Assembly: GCA_963736285.1 (NCBI GenBank)
Contig: CAVTOA010000003.1
Location: forward strand, 281,652 to 345,651
Length of the DNA: 64,000 nucleotides
Source: an uncultured Acidimicrobiales bacterium
GTDB taxonomy: Bacteria > Actinomycetota > Actinomycetes > Mycobacteriales > QHCE01
Direction of reading: 5' to 3'
Shown here: piece after piece, positions 28,215 to 36,848 of the stretch
How positions within the stretch are numbered: the first letter of the stretch is position 1
Layout: each line of letters opens with the position of its first letter
Program-made: the position numbers and the translations under genes
The notes under the pieces: model-generated
What the model was told of the DNA's origin: nothing
The model's input: the letters and a program-made list of their open reading frames with translations, nothing else
Databases searched by the model: none

Positions 28215-29057
28215 TCATTGATGAGAAGCCATGTTGTGGGAGCTCCGCTGGTTAGCCGGCACATTGCTTGAAGACGTGGGATGCGTCGGTGGCGGCACGG
28301 ATGCGGAAGAGCTAGCCCTTGGATCCGCTTTAGCGCCGCCCAACTTCGTAGGCTCGCACAATGACGTTCGGGTGGTGGAGCCCGCGGATAGCGTGACATC
28401 GATCTCCGCCGCCCGGACCGCGTTGACAACGCGCGAAGTGGTGTCCGACGCCACCCAGACTGTCAGCGACCATTCGCCTGTGTCGGAAAGACCCGAATGA
28501 GGCGAGGTCACGTCTTGCACGGTGGCGCTCTGCAGTACTCGCTCTGTCTGGCCTGCCCTGTTGTCTCGAGGGCTGGCAAAAACATCGACACGCCGGCCCC
28601 GGGTGACAGAAGGCGGAAGGTGGTGCGATGCCACCGGAATGCTCACCAAGGCACCACAGGCCGCGACACGCAATGCACCACGAGGGATGAGCTCATGCGC
28701 TGACACATCTCTCACCAGTGTCTTTCCGGTCACAACTTGTGTGTCGGCGAAATATTGCGCTGAGCCCCTGGGTAGCCGCACGCTTACTCGTTCAATATCT
28801 GCGGCAGTCAGCGTTGCGCCCGCAGCAGTGTCGTGCCGTACTGCCCACACAAGCGTCGAGTGGTCGGCGGACGCAACAACACGTGCACCGAGAGCGACCG
28901 AGACGAGCAACAGAAGGACACCACACACAAGACGAATGTTGAGCCATGTGGGCATCCGAGTACGGGTGGCGCTAGGAGAGGCGAAGTGCCCCTCACCCGC
29001 CGCACGTAACGGACCCTCCGTTGCTTTGATCGCAGAGGGCGACGACACCTGACTCAT
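28215..29057 (-). CDS. SAF-domain protein (CpaB/RcpC-like pilus assembly protein)
   Basis: Start set at the Met preceded by GGAGAGG (ORF track extends to 29321). One TM helix, then a SAF-like segment (AAGATLTAADIERVSVRLP...VTGKTLVRDVSAHELI). Directly upstream of the cpaE-like gene. Confidence 0.65.
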   Translation of the reverse strand: MSQVSSPSAIKATEGPLRAAGEGHFASPSATRTRMPTWLNIRLVCGVLLLLVSVALGARVVASADHSTLVWAVRHDTAAGATLTAADIERVSVRLPRGSAQYFADTQVVTGKTLVRDVSAHELIPRGALRVAACGALVSIPVASHHLPPSVTRGRRVDVFASPRDNRAGQTERVLQSATVQDVTSPHSGLSDTGEWSLTVWVASDTTSRVVNAVRAAEIDVTLSAGSTTRTSLCEPTKLGGAKADPRASSSASVPPPTHPTSSSNVPANQRSSHNMASHQ

Positions 29058-29378
29058 CGAAATACCTCTCCACACATACTGATTTGCGAGAAAACCTCGG
29101 CCATCCTGCACCATCACGACCAAAGCATCGAAAGTTTTCCACAAGAAGGATGGAAATCGCTTCCCCTGTGGACAGAGGAACCAGAGTCGGCGTAAGTGGC
29201 AAAATAAGGCAGTGCGCGGGGCAGGTTCCCCAACGCACTGACTAACCGCCGTTGCCGGTGGAGCGTTACGGCGCTCCTTCACCCGGACCAACCAGAACCG
29301 CACGGCTACACCAGTGATCATCAGGGAACAAACTGCTGTCTCTGATCAAGCACGGAAGAACAGAAAGCAGAGCCACCC

Positions 29379-29618
29379 ATGAGTTCCGACCGATTCCTTC
29401 AACTCGCCGAGGTAGCCGAAGTGCTCAATATCAGCGCCTCACAGACCTATGCATTGGTTCGTTCGGGAGAGCTACCGGCCATCAAGATCGGCGGGCGTGG
29501 CCAGTGGCGAGTCGAGCGAGACGAGTTAGAGAAATACATCAAGCGGATGTACACGGAGACGCAGAAATTTGTTCGCTCTCACCCGCTCGAACGGGACGAG
29601 GCATTTTCTAGCGACTAG
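29379..29618 (+). CDS. excisionase-family helix-turn-helix DNA-binding protein
   Basis: 79 aa. FLQLAEVAEVLNISASQTYALVRSGELPAIKIGGRGQWRV matches the excisionase/MerR-like HTH pattern. Confidence 0.75.
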   Translation: MSSDRFLQLAEVAEVLNISASQTYALVRSGELPAIKIGGRGQWRVERDELEKYIKRMYTETQKFVRSHPLERDEAFSSD

Positions 29619-29621
29619 CGC

Positions 29622-30287
29622 TCAATACATGCGCCGCTCTTCAAGCGAACGCACGAGTTCAACCGCGGTAAGCGGAACATCGCACACCGCGGTCACCGCA
29701 TGCCTGCGCCGAGGCTCACCTGTCGGGTGTGTGGCGATTTCCACGAAATCTTTGCCAACTCGGTCGATTGTGCCAGACAACTGTTCGCTGCCCGTGAGGG
29801 AAAACACCAGCGGCACCCGACTTCGAGCCGCCTTCCTCAATAAAAACCTCATGTCCAGTTTGGACGCAACGACACCTTCCCCATTGGGCACAGTGGAATG
29901 CGCGCCCATTCCACTGATCAAACCGATCTTCCCGATTGGAATAAGGGTGTGCCTGACAGCACTTTGCATACAGGACGTGGCATCACCCGGCGTACTTTCC
30001 CCCAGCAATAACCAGTCTGGGCCCACGTCAGACACCTGACCGCACACCCTGCCAGCGGTAGGCACGAGCACTGTTATGCGATTTCCCTTGGAAGCATGTA
30101 AGCGGTCAATCAGCCGCAACCGCGCGTTTTCCAGACGGGTGCGATCCGCAATCTCCGCTGCGAGCTCAGCGGCTTCAGCCTCGCCAACTTCGGTTTCGAG
30201 ATCCAAGAAGAGCCGCTCCCATCTGTCGACAAAACGTGCTAATCCGGCGGCGTTGTCTTTGAGGTTGTCACTGAAGTTCACGGTCAA
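29622..30287 (-). CDS. conserved hypothetical protein
   Basis: 221-aa ORF with plausible composition. No family recognised. Confidence 0.5.
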   Translation of the reverse strand: MTVNFSDNLKDNAAGLARFVDRWERLFLDLETEVGEAEAAELAAEIADRTRLENARLRLIDRLHASKGNRITVLVPTAGRVCGQVSDVGPDWLLLGESTPGDATSCMQSAVRHTLIPIGKIGLISGMGAHSTVPNGEGVVASKLDMRFLLRKAARSRVPLVFSLTGSEQLSGTIDRVGKDFVEIATHPTGEPRRRHAVTAVCDVPLTAVELVRSLEERRMY

Positions 30288-30435
30288 GACTGTGCCAGTG
30301 GATCGCCGGCAGCATGTCGTCGGCCATCTTTTCGGACGCTCCTTCTAGCAAACAAAGCCTTACTAAGGCTTACGGTATTGACTGCACTCGAAATAATCTG
30401 TATGAAGGCAAACGAACGCAAACGAAAGGAAAAAC

Positions 30436-31128
30436 GTGCGAGTGCTGCGCCCAACGGCAACGCTGGCTTTGCTAATGGCAACCTCAGTGCTCCTGCTGCA
30501 ATTGCGCCCCAGCTCTATTCGCATGGGAGCGCGGCTTCCAGAACTGTTGGACCATGCTCCAACTGATTCTCATGCGGTAGACCAGCTCGGGCTGCTGCTA
30601 GCAACACTCGGCAGCTGGCTCGCGTTGGGATGGCTTGGTCTCGGTGTCACCCTGGTTTTCGCATCAAGGCTCCCCGGCGCCATGGGAAGGGTTGCGCGTC
30701 GCACCGCCCGGGCTCTGCTTCCTCATGCCATTCGCAGTGCGATCGCAGCTGTTTTAAGCATGAGCGTCATCGCGGGCTCAACGTCACAAGCATGGGCCGC
30801 CGAAGGCGCGGGCCCTCACAGCGACCCCTCCAGCGTCGCAGTGGTGCCCTTCGATTTGGACTGGCCAATGTCGCCCTCAGTCGACACCACATCGAAGACG
30901 CCAACAGACGGTAGATCGCCAGCCTCAGTACTCGCCGACGACGTCGTGGTGAGGCGCGGAGACACCCTGTGGCGTATCGCCGCAGAGCATCTACCCCCCG
31001 ACGCAACCAGCCCCACCATCGCCGAAGCCTGGCCTCTGTGGTGGCGCGCCAATTATTCGACTATCGGCGATGACCCCTCCTATTTGGAACCGGGTCAACG
31101 TCTCAAGAATCCCAGGTCAGTGTCGTAA
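30436..31128 (+). CDS. LysM-domain membrane protein
   Basis: N-terminal TM segments and a C-terminal LysM motif (VVVRRGDTLWRIAAEHL ... YLEPGQRL). Confidence 0.7.
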   Translation: MRVLRPTATLALLMATSVLLLQLRPSSIRMGARLPELLDHAPTDSHAVDQLGLLLATLGSWLALGWLGLGVTLVFASRLPGAMGRVARRTARALLPHAIRSAIAAVLSMSVIAGSTSQAWAAEGAGPHSDPSSVAVVPFDLDWPMSPSVDTTSKTPTDGRSPASVLADDVVVRRGDTLWRIAAEHLPPDATSPTIAEAWPLWWRANYSTIGDDPSYLEPGQRLKNPRSVS

Positions 31129-31165
31129 GCGTTTGTCTTTCCTTCACCCCCATTAACCATCTACT

Positions 31166-31825
31166 TTGGAGCCTTTCGTGTCTCTAGCTTCGGTTGCGTC
31201 ACCATCACTCGACAATCCGCTAGACAGCTCAGCCCTCGGTGAGCTGGCAGCGCCATCCGGGGGCGCAAGCCGACTAACCGCGCTGCGCCATCTGCGAACC
31301 GCTCCAGCGCTAGAGCCCCCGTGTGAAGATGAGCTCATACCCACGTCGCCACGCTCCCCCGGGCTGCGCCTGATCGTTGGTGGCCAAATCACCGAGTTGC
31401 CACCACTTGAACTCGCGGAATATCAGCCCGACGACACGGAAACGCCCCCCGATAACGGATTCGGTTACAGCTTTGCCCGCCAAACAACCGCCAGCAGCGC
31501 TCTACCCGACGCCAAAAGACATGTGCTTCGGCTTACTCAGGGCCTGTTGGAGGCACTCGCCGGAGTTCGACCCTTGCAGCAATTGAGCAGCCTTCTACAC
31601 GAGTCTGTCTACTTTGACCTATGTGGACGTAGGACACCGCAATCACGGCCAAGAATTGGCACCGTAAGTACCGCACATGTGCGCCACGCGCGCATCACCG
31701 AACCCGCCGACGGCGTGGTGGAAGCCAGCGTCGTCGCGATGGAACGAGGGTATGCCTACGCGATCGCTGTGCGCCTGGAAGGACTAGACGGACGCTGGCA
31801 GTGCACTCACTTCGAAATTATCTGA
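31166..31825 (+). CDS. Rv3235-family protein
   Basis: C-terminal half (LLEALAGVRPLQQL ... VEASVVAMERGYAYAIAVRLEGLDGRWQCTHFE) and a position next to secA, as in mycobacteria. Confidence 0.6.
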   Translation: MEPFVSLASVASPSLDNPLDSSALGELAAPSGGASRLTALRHLRTAPALEPPCEDELIPTSPRSPGLRLIVGGQITELPPLELAEYQPDDTETPPDNGFGYSFARQTTASSALPDAKRHVLRLTQGLLEALAGVRPLQQLSSLLHESVYFDLCGRRTPQSRPRIGTVSTAHVRHARITEPADGVVEASVVAMERGYAYAIAVRLEGLDGRWQCTHFEII

Positions 31826-31829
31826 CGTG

Positions 31830-34660
31830 TTAGACCGCAGTGGGCGCACCGTGGCACTTCTTGTACTTCTTCCCGGAACCACATGGACAAGGCGCGTTGC
31901 GGGACGGCCCATGACCGACTTTCTGTCCGCTGTCCGGAATCTTCTCCCCGGCAGCAAGTGCCGACGAAGGACCACTCGCAACACTGACAGCGGCCAGGCC
32001 GTCATTCTCATCGCCGTCGATGGTGGGCGCGGAGTAACGCAAATGCCGCGGTCGTGATGCACCACCAAGCCCCTTGGCATGTACCTCCACTTTCGGCTCA
32101 GCCTCAGGCTCGGAGGGCTCCTCGTCCAGCTCACCGCCTGCTTGCGTGCCTGTTTCGTCGCCGCTCTGCTCCACATCGACGTCCAGATGGAAGAGGTAAC
32201 CTACGGTCTCTTCTTTGATCGACTCCATCATGGCCGCGAAGAGATCGAATCCTTCTCGCTGATATTCGACCAACGGATCGCGCTGCGCATAGGCGCGCAG
32301 TCCTATGCCCTCTTGCAGATAGTCCATCTCATATAGGTGCTCGCGCCATTTGCGGTCCAGCACAGTGAGCACAACGTTGCGTTCAAGCTCCCGGAGCGTA
32401 TCGGCTCCAAGCTCTTCTTCCCGCCGGTCGTATGCCGCTTGCGCATCCTCTTTGAGCGTACCAACAAGAAAGTCTGGGTCGAGGGAGTCCTAGCCACCAG
32501 CCTCTTCGATGATCTCGTCGATCAGAACGAAATGGGGTACAGCAGTTTGAGATCCGTCCAGAGCTGCTCAAGATCCCAGTCTTCGGCGTATCCCTCGGCG
32601 GTCGCCGCCTAGCACGCGCTCGGCGATGACATCATCGATCATGCCGCGAACTTGATCGGCGATATCCGCGCCTTCGAGCACTTCTTTCCGCTCGGCGTAA
32701 ATAACTTGCCGCTGCTTGTTGAGCACCTCGTCGTATTTCAGGACATTCTTACGAATCTCCGCGTTCTGCTGCTCCAGTTGTGTTTGCGCACCTTGGATCT
32801 GGCGACTGACCAATTTAGACTCGATAGGCACATCTTCTGGCACCCGCAATCCGTTCATCACCATCTCTACCGCGGCAGAATTAAACCGCCGCATCAACTC
32901 ATCTTGCAGCGAGAGGTAAAAGCGCGACTCTCCTGGATCTCCCTGTCGCCCGGACCGACCCCGCAACTGATTGTCGATACGCCGCGAATCGTGACGCTCG
33001 GTCCCAAGCACGTATAGTCCGCCCGCTTCAGCCGACTTGATCGGCCTCGTCAGCGCAACTCTTCTCCCACCGCTCCAGTGTGGATTCCCAGGCCTGTTCG
33101 TATACCTCAGGGTCTTCGTCACGACATATGCCTTGTTGGCGAGCTCCGCCGCCGCCAAGTACTCCGGGTTGCCACCAAGCAGGATGTCAGTTCCACGACC
33201 GGCCATATTGGTCGCAACAGTGACAGCGACTCAGCCGACCCGCCTGAGCGATGATCTCAGCCTCTTTGGCGTGGAATTTAGCGTTAAGAACCTCGTGCCG
33301 AACACCGCGGCGAACAGCATGTCCGAGAGGAACTCCGAGCTCTCCACGCTCACCGTCCCCACCAAAACCGGCTGTCCAAGCTCATTTCGCTCGACAATGT
33401 CTTCGACAACGGCGGTGAACTTTGCCTCTTCCGTCTTATAGATAACGTCGGACGATCCTTCCGCACCATCGGCCGGTGGGTAGGGATCGGTACTACACCC
33501 ATCTCATAAGTCTTCTGGAACTCGGCTCGCCTCGGTCAGAGGCGGTACCGGTCATTCCAGCAAGCTTGTCGTACATCCGGAAGTAGTTTTGCAGCGTGAT
33601 CGTGGCGAGCGTCTGGTTTTCTTCCTTGATCTGTACGCCCTCTTTGGCCTCGATCGCCTGGTGCATGCCCTCGTTGTAACGCCGCCCATGGAGTACTCGA
33701 CCGGTGAATTCATCGACGATGAGCACCTCACCATCAGAGACGATGTAGTCACGGTCGCGCTTGTAGAGCTCCTGTGCTTTAAGCGCGTTGTTCAAGTAGC
33801 TGACCAACGGGGTATTAGCCGCCTCGTACAGATTGTCGATGCCGAGCTGATCCTCCACTTTGGTCACGCCGGACTCTCCGATCCCCACCGTGCGCTTGGA
33901 CTCATCGACCTCGTAGTCAGTATCCCGCTTAAGTCGGGGGATGATGCGGGAGAACTCTTGATACCAGCGAGCCGACTGCTCTACCGGACCAGAAATAATC
34001 AGCGGGGTACGGGCCTCGTCAATCAGGATGGAGTCGACCTCATCGACGATGGCAAAAAATGCCCACGCTGCACAACTCATCTTCGGTCGCACGCCATGTT
34101 GTCGCGCAGATAGTCGAAACCAAACTCGTTATTGGTGCCGTAAGTGATGTCACGCGCGTACTGGTCGCGGCGGTGATCTGGCCGCTCATTGGCAAGGATG
34201 ACACCCAACATCTAGACCCAAAAAGCGATGGACTCGCCCCATCCACTCCGAGTCACGCTGAGCCAGATAGTCGTTAACCGTCATGATGTGAACACCTTTG
34301 CCAGCTAACGCGTTCAGATATGCGGCCGGCACCGAGGTGAGGGTTTTACCTTCACCGGTTCTCATCTCCGCGATATTGCCGAAATGTAACGCGGCAGCGC
34401 CCATGAGCTGGACATCGAAATGGCGCTGGCCAAGCACGCGGCGTCGCAGCCTCCCGCGCGGTCGCGAAATGCTTCTGGGAGCAGATCGTCAAGCGACTCA
34501 CCATCGGCATAACGCTCCTTGTATTATCGGTTAGTTCTTGTAGTTCCGCATCCGTGAGCTCGGTGTAGTCGTCTTCGATGGAGTCGACCGCATCAGCGAT
34601 GCCCTTCAAGCGGCGAATAGTACGGCCTTCGCCGACGCGAAGAAGCCTTTCCAAAATCAC
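31830..34660 (-). pseudogene. secA: preprotein translocase ATPase SecA, disrupted by many frameshifts and one in-frame TAG
   Basis: SecA sequence is spread over at least 6 ORF fragments in different frames (34352-34660, 34186-34437, 33493-34092, 32568-33206, 31830-32372, plus unlisted pieces between them). The C-terminal zinc motif [14 protein letters not shown] is present. An in-frame TAG falls within ...[15 protein letters not shown] near 32490. Confidence 0.85.
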
Positions 34661-34789
34661 GACTGCGTCCTCACTTCATTAGTATTGCGCTCTGCCCAGC
34701 CAGCTCCCCATGGTATTAGGCGTTACTGAATTCGCTCATCCTGCGGGGTACCTGCCGAACCGTGACAATCATGACAGGACGCATCAGGT

Positions 34790-34835
34790 ATATGCGTGGA
34801 GGCGTAGGAGAAACCTCCTACGCCTCCACGCATAT
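34790..34835. repeat. perfect 21-bp-stem hairpin between hpf and secA
   Basis: ATATGCGTGGAGGCGTAGGAG-AAAC-CTCCTACGCCTCCACGCATAT. It is enclosed by an outer 10-nt inverted repeat, GCTCTGCCCA (34689-34698) and TGGGCAGAGC (34835-34844). Confidence 0.85.
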
Positions 34836-34880
34836 GGGCAGAGCAGAGCAACGGTCGACTACACAAAACCCAAGGCCTGC

Positions 34881-35648
34881 TCAAGCCGCAAGGCTAATAA
34901 CTCCATAGTCGTAGCCGTGCCGTCGATAGACCACGCTGGGGCGGCCCGTATCTACGTCGCTAAAGAGATAAAAATCGTGCCCCACAAGCTCCATCTCAAA
35001 CAGCGCTTGATCGACAGTCATGGGTTTAGCACTGTGCTCTTTTTCTCGCACCACACGCCCAGGAACGTAGTCGTCTGCTGAGTCTTGGGTCTCCAGAAGG
35101 TCGGTTGACTGGCCGGCATGGGATGACGACGCGCCAGAACCATCAGTGAACGATGAAGGTGGTGCGGCAAGCCAGTCCGAGAGCTGCGCTGTCGCGGCAG
35201 CTACCGATACAGGCGTCCTCCGTCCATGATGGACGCGCCGCCGATCCGCAGCACGACGCAAACGGTTTTCTAGTTTCTTTACCGCAATATCGAGAGCGGA
35301 GTAGAAATCCTTAGCGCATGCCTCGCTGCGAATCACTGGACCGCGAGATCGACACGTCAATTCGACTCGCTGACATGACTGAGACTGCCGAGGATTGCGC
35401 TCATGGATGAGTTCAACATCGATACGAATGAGTTTGCCGTCATAACGGGAAAGCCGCGAAAGCTTTTCGGCCACATGCTGCCGATAGTGCTCCGGAACTT
35501 CCACATTTCGGCCCTCTACCACCACTTCGACTTCTGGTGTGGCGTGATCACTTGAGATCGGGGCGCTGTCCTCTATAGCAATATTGTTTGGCACATTGGT
35601 TGGCATAGCAGTGGCTGTGCTTGCTGCATTGTCCACGTGTACCTCCAC
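34881..35648 (-). CDS. hpf: long-form ribosome hibernation promoting factor
   Basis: S30AE domain (VEGRNVEVPEHYRQHVAEKL) and a C-terminal dimerisation domain (KPMTVDQALFEMELVGHDFYLF). The start is uncertain. Confidence 0.85.
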   Translation of the reverse strand: MEVHVDNAASTATAMPTNVPNNIAIEDSAPISSDHATPEVEVVVEGRNVEVPEHYRQHVAEKLSRLSRYDGKLIRIDVELIHERNPRQSQSCQRVELTCRSRGPVIRSEACAKDFYSALDIAVKKLENRLRRAADRRRVHHGRRTPVSVAAATAQLSDWLAAPPSSFTDGSGASSSHAGQSTDLLETQDSADDYVPGRVVREKEHSAKPMTVDQALFEMELVGHDFYLFSDVDTGRPSVVYRRHGYDYGVISLAA

Positions 35649-35945
35649 GCAATTCGCAATGGTGTCAACCGGGATTGGGGTTTACCGGCGACTACTTGGC
35701 TCCGCCGACGCCTACCAAACACAAAGCGCCCACGGCAATCGAATTACGACCACCCCCACTTGCGATCGAGGATTGAACTAGCGGCATCTACAACCGTCAC
35801 TTTTAGTGTGGATGCAACGCTGTAAAACCGACGCTAACGCTTCGCGCGCGCCCAGTCACCCCTTGTCGGCAAATCCGTCCTATTTCCTTGCCGTATCTCA
35901 ACATCTGGTCGGAACTCTTGACGAGAACTACAGAAGAAAGAACGG

Positions 35946-36725
35946 CTACTCCCTGAGCGGAGCCGCAAGAGTTACCGCACCCGATACCTCGATCTCCACC
36001 GTTCGTAACAACAACGTGGCCTCAGAAAGCGTTGCTCCGCTCGCCACAACATCATCGAGCAACACGAAAGAAGGCTTACCGCCGCTCGTTTCATCGCCTT
36101 GCCCACACCACGGTGATCGCCATCCGGGGCTCGCGCCTCCCCTGTGCCGCAGCACAAACGCCCCACTGATATTTGCCCTCCGTTTCGCTGCCGACAGACC
36201 CACTGAATCTGGCCTGCCATCACGTGCGCGTAGCGGGCACCACAGACGTAGGCGCATGCCGCCCATTCTGAGACGATGAATAGCGTGCCACGCAATCCGC
36301 AACACGTGATCGCCAGCGCGACGGCGCCGTGCTGATCCGCTCGCCGGGATTGGAACAATCACCAAGGGTGTCGCAAGCCACGGTGCACACGTCGCTCGGG
36401 CAATCAAAATAGCCTCCGCTAGCACCCGGCCAAACAATGGTGCGAGTCGATGCGCTTGGTGCTCCTTATATGCCAATAACGCGGATCGAACTGCTCCGTA
36501 ATATCTAAGCGCAGCCATCGCTGGCGGGCCGCCATTCGCACCGAAATGAGCGGCCCGCACTAAGAAAGGCGCCACCCGAACCTGACCCAAACACCTCTCA
36601 CATAGCCCCACTCCGGAGACTGGCGTGGCCCGGTAGCCCTCCGCGAGATATGCGCATCCAAAGCAAGCACGCGGATACAACAAATCCAGCAGCGACTGAA
36701 TCCCAGCAGACAGCAACCCATTCAC
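35946..36725 (-). CDS. comF: ComF-family (ComFC-like) phosphoribosyltransferase-domain protein
   Basis: N-terminal Cys-rich segment (CFGC ... CERC) and a C-terminal PRT motif VLLDDVVASGATL. Positioned as for Rv3242c. Confidence 0.75.
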   Translation of the reverse strand: MNGLLSAGIQSLLDLLYPRACFGCAYLAEGYRATPVSGVGLCERCLGQVRVAPFLVRAAHFGANGGPPAMAALRYYGAVRSALLAYKEHQAHRLAPLFGRVLAEAILIARATCAPWLATPLVIVPIPASGSARRRRAGDHVLRIAWHAIHRLRMGGMRLRLWCPLRARDGRPDSVGLSAAKRRANISGAFVLRHRGGASPGWRSPWCGQGDETSGGKPSFVLLDDVVASGATLSEATLLLRTVEIEVSGAVTLAAPLRE

Positions 36726-36775
36726 CCGTTTAGCGTTCCGTTGATATCTCTATGCCGCTAGTGGCGCGGATAAAA

Positions 36776-36788
36776 CTGTGGATAACTC
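36776..36788 (-). promoter_or_regulatory. conserved box GAGTTATCCACAG upstream of comF, flanked by two TTTTATCCG repeats
   Basis: The gene strand reads TTTTATCCGAGAATTGAGTTATCCACAGTTTTATCCGCG, 52-64 nt upstream of the comF GTG. The 13-mer is identical to the flp and FtsK-like boxes. Confidence 0.55.
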
Positions 36789-36848
36789 AATTCTCGGATA
36801 AAAGCATCGGCGATCAACAAGTAACCGCAGCGCGGCCCTTCTGCCTCA

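Noticed and set aside
36726-36848. Chromosomal replication origin, suggested by perfect TTATCCACA DnaA-box sequences at 14668-14676, 17968-17976 and 36777-36785.
   Set aside because: There is no dnaA, dnaN or AT-rich unwinding element. The boxes are dispersed over 22 kb and each sits in a promoter-like position upstream of a specific gene. They are treated as regulatory sites instead.
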